Part shown: piece by piece, positions 37,947-49,000 of the stretch | Layout of the letters: each line of letters opens with the position of its first letter | Numbering within the stretch: the stretch's first letter is position 1 | Assembly (NCBI GenBank): GCA_964035545.1 | Contig: OZ037771.1 | Span: 9,293,408-9,357,407, forward strand | DNA from: Bugula neritina | Lineage: Eukaryota; Animalia; Bryozoa | Length of the DNA: 64,000 nucleotides | Direction of reading: 5' to 3' | Notes under the pieces: generated by a model | The model's input: only the letters and a program-made list of their open reading frames with translations | Databases searched by the model: none | What the model was told of the DNA's origin: nothing | Made by a program: the position numbers and the translations under genes

Positions 37947-38681
37947 TCAATTAAATATAAATGAATTTGTTGAATATTCTTGTGAGGTATAGTTTGTTCT
38001 ATATGTGTACACTGAGCCATCAGCTGGAGTAACATAGCCAATGGAAATTAGGATAACATCTATAAGTGTCCAGACACCTAATCCTCCAAAGCTAAATAAT
38101 TTACCTATTCCTTCTTGCCAATGACCTAAATAGAACCGATCTGCACCAAACCCACCAGCTGTAATGCTAAGAATCATGGTGGTGGTCCAACTATATCCAT
38201 TAGTCCAGTAACACAGTTTTCTTTTGGAAAACTTCCTTTTCCCTAGGCAAAGGACATTTGGTTTCACTTCACATGTAGCAGTATAAACTCGGGTAGAATG
38301 GGTGCCTATTGAGTTACAGGAAGTGTTCGTTGAGCAACTATAATATTCCTCTGGAAGTTGGTAGCAGAACTGACATGTTAGATTGCGTGAATGGTTTCTT
38401 TCACCTGAACATGGAACAACGTTCAACACTTGCACAGCTACTTCTGTTATTTCTCCATATTTACACGTTACATTGCAATTGGTGATTTCTTCTAAGCAGT
38501 TGGCTCCCAGCAACTCACAATTGGCATTACTGGGACAATCAGGATAAGATACAGGGTCAGCAGTTGTAAAGACAGCAGTGGTGTTGGAGGCCATTGATGT
38601 GGCATTTACTTCACCAGTTATTGAAGTGTTCATAATTGATGTAATCAAAAGCAAGAGAATTATGGTTGAATAAGAGCCCAT
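37947..38681 (-). CDS. TM2D3: TM2 domain-containing protein 3 (almondex-like), single coding exon, 244 aa
   Basis: Signal peptide; Cys-rich ectodomain (CQFCYQ, VLCLGKRKFSKRKLCYWTNGYSW); TM2 domain LSITAGGFGADRFYLGHWQEGIGKLFSFGGLGVWTLIDVILI..PADGS. Confidence 0.95.
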   Translation of the reverse strand: MGSYSTIILLLLITSIMNTSITGEVNATSMASNTTAVFTTADPVSYPDCPSNANCELLGANCLEEITNCNVTCKYGEITEVAVQVLNVVPCSGERNHSRNLTCQFCYQLPEEYYSCSTNTSCNSIGTHSTRVYTATCEVKPNVLCLGKRKFSKRKLCYWTNGYSWTTTMILSITAGGFGADRFYLGHWQEGIGKLFSFGGLGVWTLIDVILISIGYVTPADGSVYTYRTNYTSQEYSTNSFIFN

Positions 38682-39579
38682 TGCACATGATGCTTTTGAA
38701 TGCTATAACACATCAACATCGTGCATTCTAAAACAAAAATATCAAAACATAAACAAATGAAGTAACAGTATTTTGACTGGTTCTCAACACCATTTAGCCA
38801 CAGGAACATCTATGATCATTCAACAAGACGGCTAGTCTATGGCCCCTGCCTTTCTCTGATTTTAGAAATATGCCGTTTTTGCATACCACCTCCACTTTCA
38901 AAAGATGATGATAAATAAAGAATAAAGTATTATATCTGTGTAACAATTACAAGCTTAAAGTGCAAAGAATTTTAAAATCAAAATTAGCTAGATGACCTAA
39001 CAGGATATTGACGTCACCATCCAAATGAGCTTCAGCCACTAAATAGTTCTACTCACAGCTTTCAATTTGACTTGAACTTAGCAAATACTCATAAATCATA
39101 TGCTAACCCGCTAGTAAATTGAAGCAAATAGATGAAGAAAATATATCATATCGTCAAGTAGATTTGAGAGTATCAGCTGATTTAGCAATATGGAGCATGC
39201 ATTTATCTACTGCATATTGAGCCAAGAGGTTGGCCTACAGATCAAATATTACAAAAAAACTAACTCATGTGTTTTGTTACAATAACTCTTAATTAAAACA
39301 CTAACTTTACATACCCATAAGTGATAAAATTGCCAGCGTAAATTCCCATTACTATTATATAACATATCATCAATATCATTTTGGTGATTTCTATGCAATA
39401 GCAACTGATTGTTACCTAATTCAGCAGTTTAAATTTACTATACAAGCAAATTAGAAAGACATTATTAATGCGCCAACATTTTAATCATCAATTGAAACAA
39501 CATGGTCAATCTAAACTTCCACCAAATAAAAATGACTATGTTTTGTGTTTAAGTGGTTTATCTTGTTTTATTTAATTTT

Positions 39580-40590
39580 TCAGAAGACTAGTGCTCCGAA
39601 ATGTACTAGTAATGTATTAGTGATAGTAGTACTACTACTAGTAGTAGTACTAGTAGTGGCAGTGCCAGTAGATGTGGTAGTAGTAGGAGCAGCAGTAGTA
39701 GTATTAGTATTACTACTCTACTACTAGTAGTATTAGTAGTAGAAGTAGTAGTTACTGTTAGTAGTAGAAGTAGTAGTTACTGTTAGTAGTAGAAGTAGTA
39801 GTTACTGTTAGTAGTAAAAGTAGTAGTTACTGTTAGTAGTAGTTACTGTTGGTAGTAGAAGTAATAGTAGTAGTAGCAGTAGTAGTAGTACTGGCAGTAG
39901 TAGTAGTACTGGCAGTAGTAGTAGTAGTACTGGCAGTAGTAGTAGTAGTAGCAGTAGTAGTATATGTAGTAGTAGTGGTGGTACACTTACAGCCAGTGGT
40001 TGTATTAGTAGTAAGAGTCGCCCACTCAACATAAATATAATTACTGATTACTATGGTAATCTCAACGTTTAATGGCCATGATGATCATGATGATAAAATT
40101 AAATCATTATAATAATGATTATTATTATCATTATGGTGATGGTAATGATTATAATAATTATCATCATTAGACTTAGTGATACCCTTACCCACAGTCAGTG
40201 ACTGTGAGTGATACTGATAGCAAAACTCATAATCATAGTGATACTGATAGTTAAACCCAATGTGAAACTCAAACTGAATGTCATTGTCTGATTGTCATTG
40301 TGATTGTCAAATTCAAAGTCAATGTCTTGGTCATAATCACTTCATAATCAAGCCACCATACTCATAGTGATAGTCATACTCATACTGATACTTATACTAA
40401 TAAATACTCGCACTAGTGAATGATACTGATAGCTATACTCATAGTCAATAGTCATAGTGATACTCATAAGTCATACTGATAATGATAGTGAAACTGAGTG
40501 CCAGTCTGATTGCTCAACCGTGATTGATGATGACATTTTGATTTACTGATACTGATAGTGATGCGAGTGATACGGATAGCGATTACGATT
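39580..40590. repeat. 3/6-bp periodic low-complexity tract (left flank of promoter)
   Basis: (AGT)n with a 24-bp higher unit at 39730-39850, then ATACTC/ATAGTG/ATAGTC/ATACTG hexamers. Confidence 0.85.
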
Positions 40591-40599
40591 GTTTTATTT

Positions 40600-40900
40600 T
40601 TACCTTATTTGTAATCTTTGGAACGTAGGATTATTATTACAATATTTTTATTCAATCTATAAAGGTACAACTAATAAGATTAAAACAAAATGTTAGCGGA
40701 TTAGGCCTCATAAAAATTTGATTCTTAGAGTATGACGTAACTGTAAGCTAGTCACTTTAAAAGTAAAACTCTCAACAGAAATCAAAACTTTCCGGAAACA
40801 AATTTTATGATAAAGTTCTGTGACGGAATCGCTGCTGTGATTTCGGGTAATGTTGTTGAGGTTACAAAATTTTCATTCGCAATACGAGGCGAGTACGTGT
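40600..40900. promoter_or_regulatory. Probable bidirectional promoter for TM2D3 (-) and WRAP53 (+)
   Basis: CpG-enriched island with TGACGTAA (CRE/ATF-like, ~40733) and TTCCGGAA (ETS-like, ~40790); minus-strand donor AAG|GTA near 40603; both genes have acceptors upstream of their ATG. Confidence 0.55.
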
Positions 40901-41039
40901 GATAAAAATTAATGTATTTCTAATTCACGCAGTATTGAGGCATAGTTTCATTTTAATCCAAGTTCAATGTCTTAGCTTTGCGACTTTCACTTTGGGTCCA
41001 GGCGAACTTTTCACAAAAAGTTATGATGGTTATCACTTT

Positions 41040-41780
41040 TTAATATATATTGTTGTCACAATTGTCAATTACTATAAGTATAACTATAAGTATAACTTAA
41101 ACTAAATTACTGTAAATGTAAGCATTAGATTTAGTTTAACTAACACTAAATCTAATACTAATAGTAATACTAATAGTAAGACTTTTACTTTTAGCTTTAC
41201 TAATGCCAATGGTGATAGTTATAGTAAGACTAATGTAAAACTAAATGTAACACCAACTCCAAGACTGGTACAGTGGTAGTAATAGTAATACTAAGAATAA
41301 GTTCAATAGTAATACTAATAGCGTAATACTAATAGTAATAGTGATACTACTAGTAAATGTAATACTAAGACTAAAGTACCTAATAATAGTATTATTAATA
41401 AATAAATTTAGTATTAAATGTAGTACTAGTACTATTCTATAAATTATAACTATAACTTATAGTACTACGTTTAATACTTATAGTTATAGTATAAGTATAA
41501 CTATATAAATTCTAATGGGTATGAGTATCACCATCAGTAATGACTACGAGTAATATTTTAGTAATAAGCATTGGTAATACTAATACTAAAACTAATAGTA
41601 TTAGTAATACTAATACTAATAGTAATACTATAATGGATAATATAAATATCATATTATAACTAATAATTAGTTGCTATAACTATAAGTATAAGTTTAACTT
41701 GTACTTGAATAAGATACTCGCACTGAAAGTCAACCTCATAATGATGATGATAATTCACAATATTTATTAATGACTTAGAC
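41040..41780. repeat. 6-bp periodic low-complexity tract (right flank); resumes at ~45180-45400 after the TE block
   Basis: AATACTAATAGTAATACTAATAGT and ACTATAAGTATAACTATAAGTATA. Confidence 0.85.
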
Positions 41781-42335
41781 TGATGATACAAAACTTTTTA
41801 AAGCAGCAGATAGTATTGGTTACACTAAATTGTTGCAGGAAGATCTTAACACTTTATGCACTTGAGCGACGGCTTGGCAAATTTCTTTCAACGTAGAGAA
41901 ATGTAAGTTAATTCATTGTAGATATACGTAATAATCATCTTATCGAGTACCAGGTGTATGATATACCGCTTGCTTCTTCCACTGAAGAAAATATCCATGG
42001 AGTGAGCGTTAAGCGAAATTAGAAGGACCGTCACATTAGTTCGTGTGTAGTAAAAGCAAATAAAATATTAGCAATGATAAAAAGGACTTTTAGCACTAAA
42101 AGAGGGATATCTTATTGAAACTTTATAAATATCTTGTTTGGCCACGCTTAGAATGTGCTGTTCCTGCCTGGTCTCCCAGTTTGTTAAAGGACATTAAGCT
42201 TATTGGAGGAGTTTGGAGAAGATTTACAAAATTAGTATCATCAAACAAAGAGAAAGACTATAATCTATGTAAAAGAGGACTTAAACTAAATACCCTAGAA
42301 GTTAAAAAGATTAGTTGCAACTTTATACAAACTCA
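41778..42335 (+). mobile_element. CR1/L2-like LINE fragment (end of RT and C-terminal region)
   Basis: DDTKLF..LLQEDLNTL..WQISFNVEKCKLIH, KANKILAMIKRTF, LYKYLVWPRLECAVPAWSP. Confidence 0.85.
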
Positions 42336-45178
42336 ATCGTCTGCGGGAGATCTTTGACCGCCACCGGGCAGCAGGATTAAAGTTGAAGCCCACCAAGTGT
42401 GCACTCCTACTGCAGAAAGTCAAGTATCTTGGAAACGTGGTCGGCCAGGACAGTGTTGCTATGAATTCAGACAAGATACAGGCTGTGAAGGAGTGGACTG
42501 TTCCCCAAGATCTCCACAAGTTGCAGGCATTCCTGGGCCTGGTAAGGTACTACAAGCAATAGGTATCAGTATTCGCTTGGGTGGCACAGCCTTTGAGTTG
42601 GCCAACTGCCAAGAGGGTCTGGTGGCCGTGGACACAGGAGGAGCAGCAGGCATTTGACCACCTCAAGGACTGGCTGGTAGAGGCACCCATCCTGGCCTAC
42701 CCAGACCCAGCCAAGAAGTGCATCTTGGACACAGATGCCAGTGACCACAATTTGAGGGCTGTGTTGCTCCAAGTTTAGGGTAGAATATAGGTGGTAGTGG
42801 CCTACTACAGCAAGGCTCTTTCGACTGCCGAGAAGAACTGCTGCGCCATCAAAAAGCAGCTCCTGGCAGTAGTCAAGGCGGTCAAGCACTTCCGGCCATA
42901 TATTCATGAAAGAACGTTCAGGTTGCGAACTGACTATGCATCACTGATATGGCTGTGTAAATAAGCCAACCTTTTAGTCAGGTGGCCCGTTAGTTGGAGA
43001 TCCTTGCTGACCTCTAACACATTGAGCATCATGCTGGTAAAAAAGCACCGGTATGCCAATGGTTTGCGCAATTGTCTGGGGGAAAACTGTGAGCAGTGCC
43101 TGCATATAGAGAAGCAGGACAGGAGACCCGCTTGCCTTGGCGTCAAGGAACAACTGGGTAAGGCAGGTGCCTACAGCTGGAAAGAGGGCCACTTGTGGTC
43201 TGAAACCCACTCTGATACTGTCAACGCCCTTCGTGCCAACCCCACTCTGTCCCCAAAAGGTCAAGGAGCTGTGCCAACTCCAGGAGACGCTGCTTGGCGT
43301 AGTGGCGGACATGCCCCAGACCAAAAAAGAGAGAAGATGACCTAGTAACTAGGAGCAGCAACAGAAAGACGTTGAGTTTCAACATTTCTGCCGCCGCTTG
43401 GATCCCCTCCGGTTCAACCAAGATGGATTGTTAACCATATTGCTGGCAGCCGACACCTGTCACCAGGAGAGAGAGTGGTCTGCCCACTCACCCGCCGACG
43501 GGAGTTGATCAGGGACACCCATAAGTAGACCCATAACTGGAGCCAGTCCAGTGACCAGATGCCTCCAGCTGTGGTGGTACTGGCCCAGATTGACTCAGGC
43601 CGTGCGACTGCGGATACGGCAGTGTGAGATCTGTCAGGCTAGCGAGCTTGGCCAATGCCCGAGACCGCCGGTCAGCTCTGGCTCTACGCTGACCTACTCT
43701 GGTGCTCACGGACCACTTCACCCAGTGGGCAGACGCTCTAGCTTCGCCAAACGCGTCAGCCTCCACAGTGGCTCGGGACCAACAAGTTTTCTGTTACTTC
43801 GAGTTGCCCAAACAGATCCACACAAGCCCGACTGCCCAGCTCTAGTCTCAGCTTATGAGTGACCTCTGCCGGATATGGGAGGGGGGGTTCAGAGTCGGGC
43901 AACCCCATGTCGCCTGCAAGGGAATGGAGTCGTTGAGAAGAACAATAAGATGTCGGGTGACGCCTTGAGGAGCCTGTTATTACGCAAGAGCCAAGAGGGA
44001 TGGGATGTTGTGTTGCCGCAAATCATGTGGATATACCGCAGCTCACCACACTCCAGGTCACAGGTGACTCCCGACCTCTAGATGCTCAGCCGGGAGACCT
44101 GGGTTCTGGATCACCTAATGTATCATGTTCCTGCGCCCAAGGTCCCCGTACATGAGTATGTGGAGAAACTGATGGACTGGATGCAGACAGCCCATGAAAT
44201 TCTGCGAGAGAAGCAGTGAAAGGTGCATGGAGAAGATTTAGAAAAACCTCCCCTTCCATATCGAGTCGAAGATTGGATTTGGTGCCGGCAGCGCTGACTG
44301 GGACAGATGGCAAGGAGCTCCCGGCAATAGCCACCCCTTTTCATCTGTTAGATATATTGTGTCTGTTTTCTGATTTCCTTTATATATATATAGTTGCTTA
44401 CATGTGTTTTCTTTTAGTTTTGATCAACTAGTCATATAACATATTTTTCCAGTTAACTTTAACCTATGCTTTTTTTCTTTTTTGCGTTTTTAATATGTTT
44501 TGTTTTTGTTTTCTGTGAGACCGAATTTTCTTCTATTATTAAAAAAGGTAGTAATTTTCGATGGGGAGAGGGTATAGTCAATTTGAGGATCTATTCATGC
44601 CTTAATTGTTTATGTGAATGCCTTAACTATTTACTTTGTGTGAATGCCTTCATTATGTTCTTTGTGTGAATGCCTTAACTATTTACTTTGCATGAATTCT
44701 TTAACCATAATTATTATAGTTAATCTATTGGCATAGTTTTTTTGTTCTGTAAATCCAGCTTTGGCTGGGTTCGAACATCCCGAAATTTGAGATGTTCGTT
44801 TCGGGAAAACTCGGGCATCTGAACTGGGTTCGAACGTCTACCTCTATCCGTTTTGGATTTTGATTCCAAATCGGATGTCCGATTCGGCCGTTTCAGGCGC
44901 CTGAATGCCATTTGGACACTCCGATTTCGGAAGGTTCTGGAAGTTTAGAGTTTCTAAGTATATAAGGGCAAGCTTTCTAGAGTAGATTCAGTCTACTGCT
45001 GGAGCTCAAGGATTACACTACTACCAAGGCTGATTGTGCAAGACTGCACCTGGGTCTCTTTTACTACAAGTGGATCAATAAAGCTATCTACAACCGAAAC
45101 TCTGTCTTCTCTCTCTAACTGTAAAGACCTTATGTTTACCTAGCTTAAGTTCTGATAACAACCCGCAAGAACATCACA
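42336..45178 (+). mobile_element. Second Ty3/Gypsy element, 5'-truncated and heavily decayed, with 3' LTR
   Basis: AGLKLKPTKC, APILAYPDP..ILDTDASDHN, KHFRPY, DHFTQW, QGNGVVEKNN; colinear with and clearly related to the pol at 1300-3420. PPT GGGGAGAGGG at 44563-44572. Confidence 0.92.
44573..45178 (+). repeat. 3' LTR (~606 bp)
   Basis: Follows the PPT; TATATAA at ~44959, AATAAA at ~45077, ends ...CATCACA; contains three ~26-bp TGTGAATGCCTT.. repeats. Confidence 0.7.
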
Positions 45179-46016
45179 ATAGCTAGAATTGAGTAAATAG
45201 TAAATATAAGCTTAAATTTATTGTATTTTTGCTAAGCGACAATGGTTTACAATAACAATCAATATGATTATAAAATTGAATTATCAATCATTATCATCAT
45301 GATATTATTATGATCACTTATTACTCAAACTAAAAATTGAAACTAAGTCTAGGTTTTAAAGTAAGAAAAAATTTTTCTAAAACTAAATCATTACTCTTTT
45401 GACATGATTATTTTCAGAATTTTATAAGTTTCGGTAGTATTATTTAATACTTCTATTTTGATTTTTTGCTTCATGTTATTAAAAAAGCAAGGACAACATG
45501 GAATGTGTATATAGTTGTGGATAATGTCTTATTTTGACTATTTGGTTATTCTTAAGCTTTTATTAAGGTGTAAATGGAAATTGGCAATACATTTAGACCA
45601 TTTTCAGTTAAAGCCCTGAGTTAAATTGATAATAATATGGATATTTTTGGTATTGAATGTTGCCGTAAGTAAATTTTTATAATACTCAAATTAGTAGCAT
45701 TTCACATTTCATGCTCAGAAATTCAAGTTTTTTTTCCTAACTTCAGATTGGGATGCTACTGCTTTATTTTATAATCTAGAATTTTTATTGGTTCTTTAAG
45801 ATTATGTTATCACAGTGACTATAGCTTTATCAATTGGTAGCACTTTTTTCTAAATATGAGATAACACTACTAATTTTAACACAAATTTATTGGCATAGAT
45901 ATGTATATGACTAAATATAAGAATACGTCTGTGTTTGGGTATTTGATAAATTTATATCAATTTATTTTGTGAATAGGCTTCACTTGCTATATAACTTTAG
46001 GCTAGGTTGTCAACCT

Positions 46017-49000
46017 ATGGATGCAGGAGACAAATACAGTGATGTAAATGTCGAAGTTGCAACATATTCGAATGATACCAGCACAGAGAATGAGTTGGGG
46101 CATTTAACGACAGATGAATGTGCCTTTATACTGCCTTCAAAGGGAAATGAAGATCCTATAACATGTATGTGATTGCTGATTAAAAACTATTAAAGCCACT
46201 GCTTTAGTGAAATTGTTGAGCATTTAATAGAGGTCTTTTAAAATGAAGTCAACAGCAAAAGCTAATAGTAGTTGGGGTTGTTACTTAAGATATTCAATAT
46301 ACATCTGGTACGGTAAAAAATTCGTTCACTCTCGTTTACAAGTGATTAAACCATTTGTCTTTTGGACTTATAATAAATAACATTGTTTTATATAGATCTG
46401 TAAGCAAGGATTTTAAGAGAACAGTTATGGTCTAATGATTAATACACTGGTTTAGTTATAAATCTTATTTTGTGGGTTAAAATCCTGGAAGAACCAATGA
46501 TGAGATAAAAAGCATGTGGTCATAATTGCTCCTGTGCTGTTTTGGCAACCCTCAAAATAAGTTGCTTGCCTGGTTAGCAGTTCAGTATTTAACCCTTGTA
46601 AAACCTGCACTGTTGGCAGTTCTCACAGGGATGAAGACTTGAAACTAATGGAATCTGCTTGTAGGTAATAATTCTAATAATAGTTTTGTTCATAGATGGA
46701 GGTGAATGTTGCACAGCACTGCCTGTGTATAATGTTTGTCCGGACAAGCAACCTTACGAACTTGCCTATTCTAGAAAGGAATTTGGTAGTTTCTTTCTCA
46801 AAGGTTGTAAATGGTATGATATAAATTGTTAAATATGTGCATTACTTTGTATTAAACTTTACTAACCTATGTTTTACTTATATCTGTTGTACTGTCATAT
46901 CAGCAAAATATTTTGTTTAATCGACTGCTGCGATTTAAATCTGGTGACTTTTCGAATTGATAAATGCTTTTGTAATTTTCTAATTTTTTAGGGCCATGAT
47001 TGGCTATTTGTTTAGTTACATTTAGTTATCTGGTGGTTCAAGAAAATCTAGTAGATTTTATAGATGAGTGAATACTAATTTTAGGATTATACCTTTGCCC
47101 CAGTACATCTGAATATAGAATGTTCTGTAGTGTCGATGGTTTAAATTTTAACGTGTATAGCCTATTTAGTTTTTATGTTGCTGCACTTAGGTCTAGAGAA
47201 GGGTCTCAGTTGCTCACTTGTGCTGATGATAAGAAGATAAGGGTGTTCTCTCTCCCACAGCAGTTTTATACTGGAGACTTTTCTCAAGCCATTCCTGAGA
47301 TGGTAACTTGTTTAAATTGTTAGCCATATCTTTGAGATCAATTGTCAGCCTGATGCATACCTAACTAACATGCTTAGTTTCTCACCAAATCCACCAAGTT
47401 TTCAAGAGTGTCTAATGTCTGTAGCTTATTATGTGCATTACTCTTTACTATGTATTAGATTAACAGTTTACAAATAAAATCAGCTCTTAAAAAGAATTGT
47501 AGCGTTGTGTAGCACTAAAAGTCCTAACGTCATGAATATTTCATGTGGCTAAAGATATAGAATTTTATTAGCAATGAATGAAATTTGCTAAAGCGGCAAT
47601 GTGAATAAAAATGGTGTTGTGTGAGGCTTTTTGTTTTTATAATAATAGAATCCTTCAGTGGCAGTGAAAGAAGGAGGCACAATTTATGACTACGCGTGGA
47701 ATCCACTAATGGACAGAGAAGATGCATGCACCTGCACTTTTTTGACATCAGCTCAATTGACACCTATACACCTCTGGGACAGCGTCATTGGGGAACTCAA
47801 GTCTAGCTATAAAATTGTCAATCAGATGGTTGGTGACTCACACATAGTTTAAGAAATAGTTACTAATATTTAGTACTAGCTATTAATATTTTCTTGGCAA
47901 TAGTTGATTAGTAACAGCTGGGTAATGATAGTTGTACTGGTAGTTAGTAATTGTTAGTCAATAGTATCACACTGCAAGCAAAAATATTAATCACAATTAT
48001 TTTCATAGCAAAAATATTTTGAGTATTGAAATGTTCCTCTAATTAAAGTATTTTGTAGCCTGCTGCCACTTTTGAGGTCCATGTTTTTTTCAGGCCTCAG
48101 CTTCTATTGTATAAAACATCCTAAAGTTTTCCTCTGCTAAATAAAGCTGTGCAGATTATCTGTTGCATTGGAGTTGTGTCACACCTCTTTTTACAGGATG
48201 AAATTGACACAGCTTACAGTGTAGCATTTACTCCAGATGGTTCCTTCATATTTGCTGGTTCAGCAAAACAAATCAGTATATTTGATGCTGCTCAGCCTGG
48301 TAAGCAGCTCGAGTCGTTCAAGACACACAAGAAAAGACAAGCGGGTCAAATCGGCATCATTTCCTGTTTTGATTTTTTCAACCAGACATTTGCTGCTGGG
48401 AGCTACTCAAAAACTAGTAAGTAATCAGACTTTTCCTGAAAATGGCACTTCTATAGTAATTAGTTGGTTATTCAACAGTGTGTAGTCGGTATTGTTTTAT
48501 ATATTTAAATAATATTTTTAAATACTCATGATTTGCTTCCAAACCAAATTTCAAAGAGTCGCTTCTATGTCCATTACTCTCATAACTTGTAGCTGTTGTT
48601 ACAGATATGGAGGGGTATAGAGGGGAGATTGTGCTGGTAATAGTTATGGCATTGATGTTGCATGCGTTTTAATATATTTGATTGTCTTTCTTTTGAGTTG
48701 CCTAGCCATAATATGGGTGATTTATATCTTTTATTAGTACAGTAGTTTTGTATCTGAGTTGTGTCCTCTTACTCTGCAAACTTTTCCCTTTACCATTCTC
48801 GACTAGTTGGTATATATGACCAAAGGAACAACAAGCAGACTATGATACTTGATGGACATTCTGGTGGAGTGACTCATATTAAATTTTCACCAGATGGAAA
48901 TTTGTTGTATAGTGGAGCTAGGAAGGTTTGTTAGTCATTCACCTAATTCAGCCTAACCTTTTTCATATATATTATCTTGATTCTATTCTCAATGCCTAGT

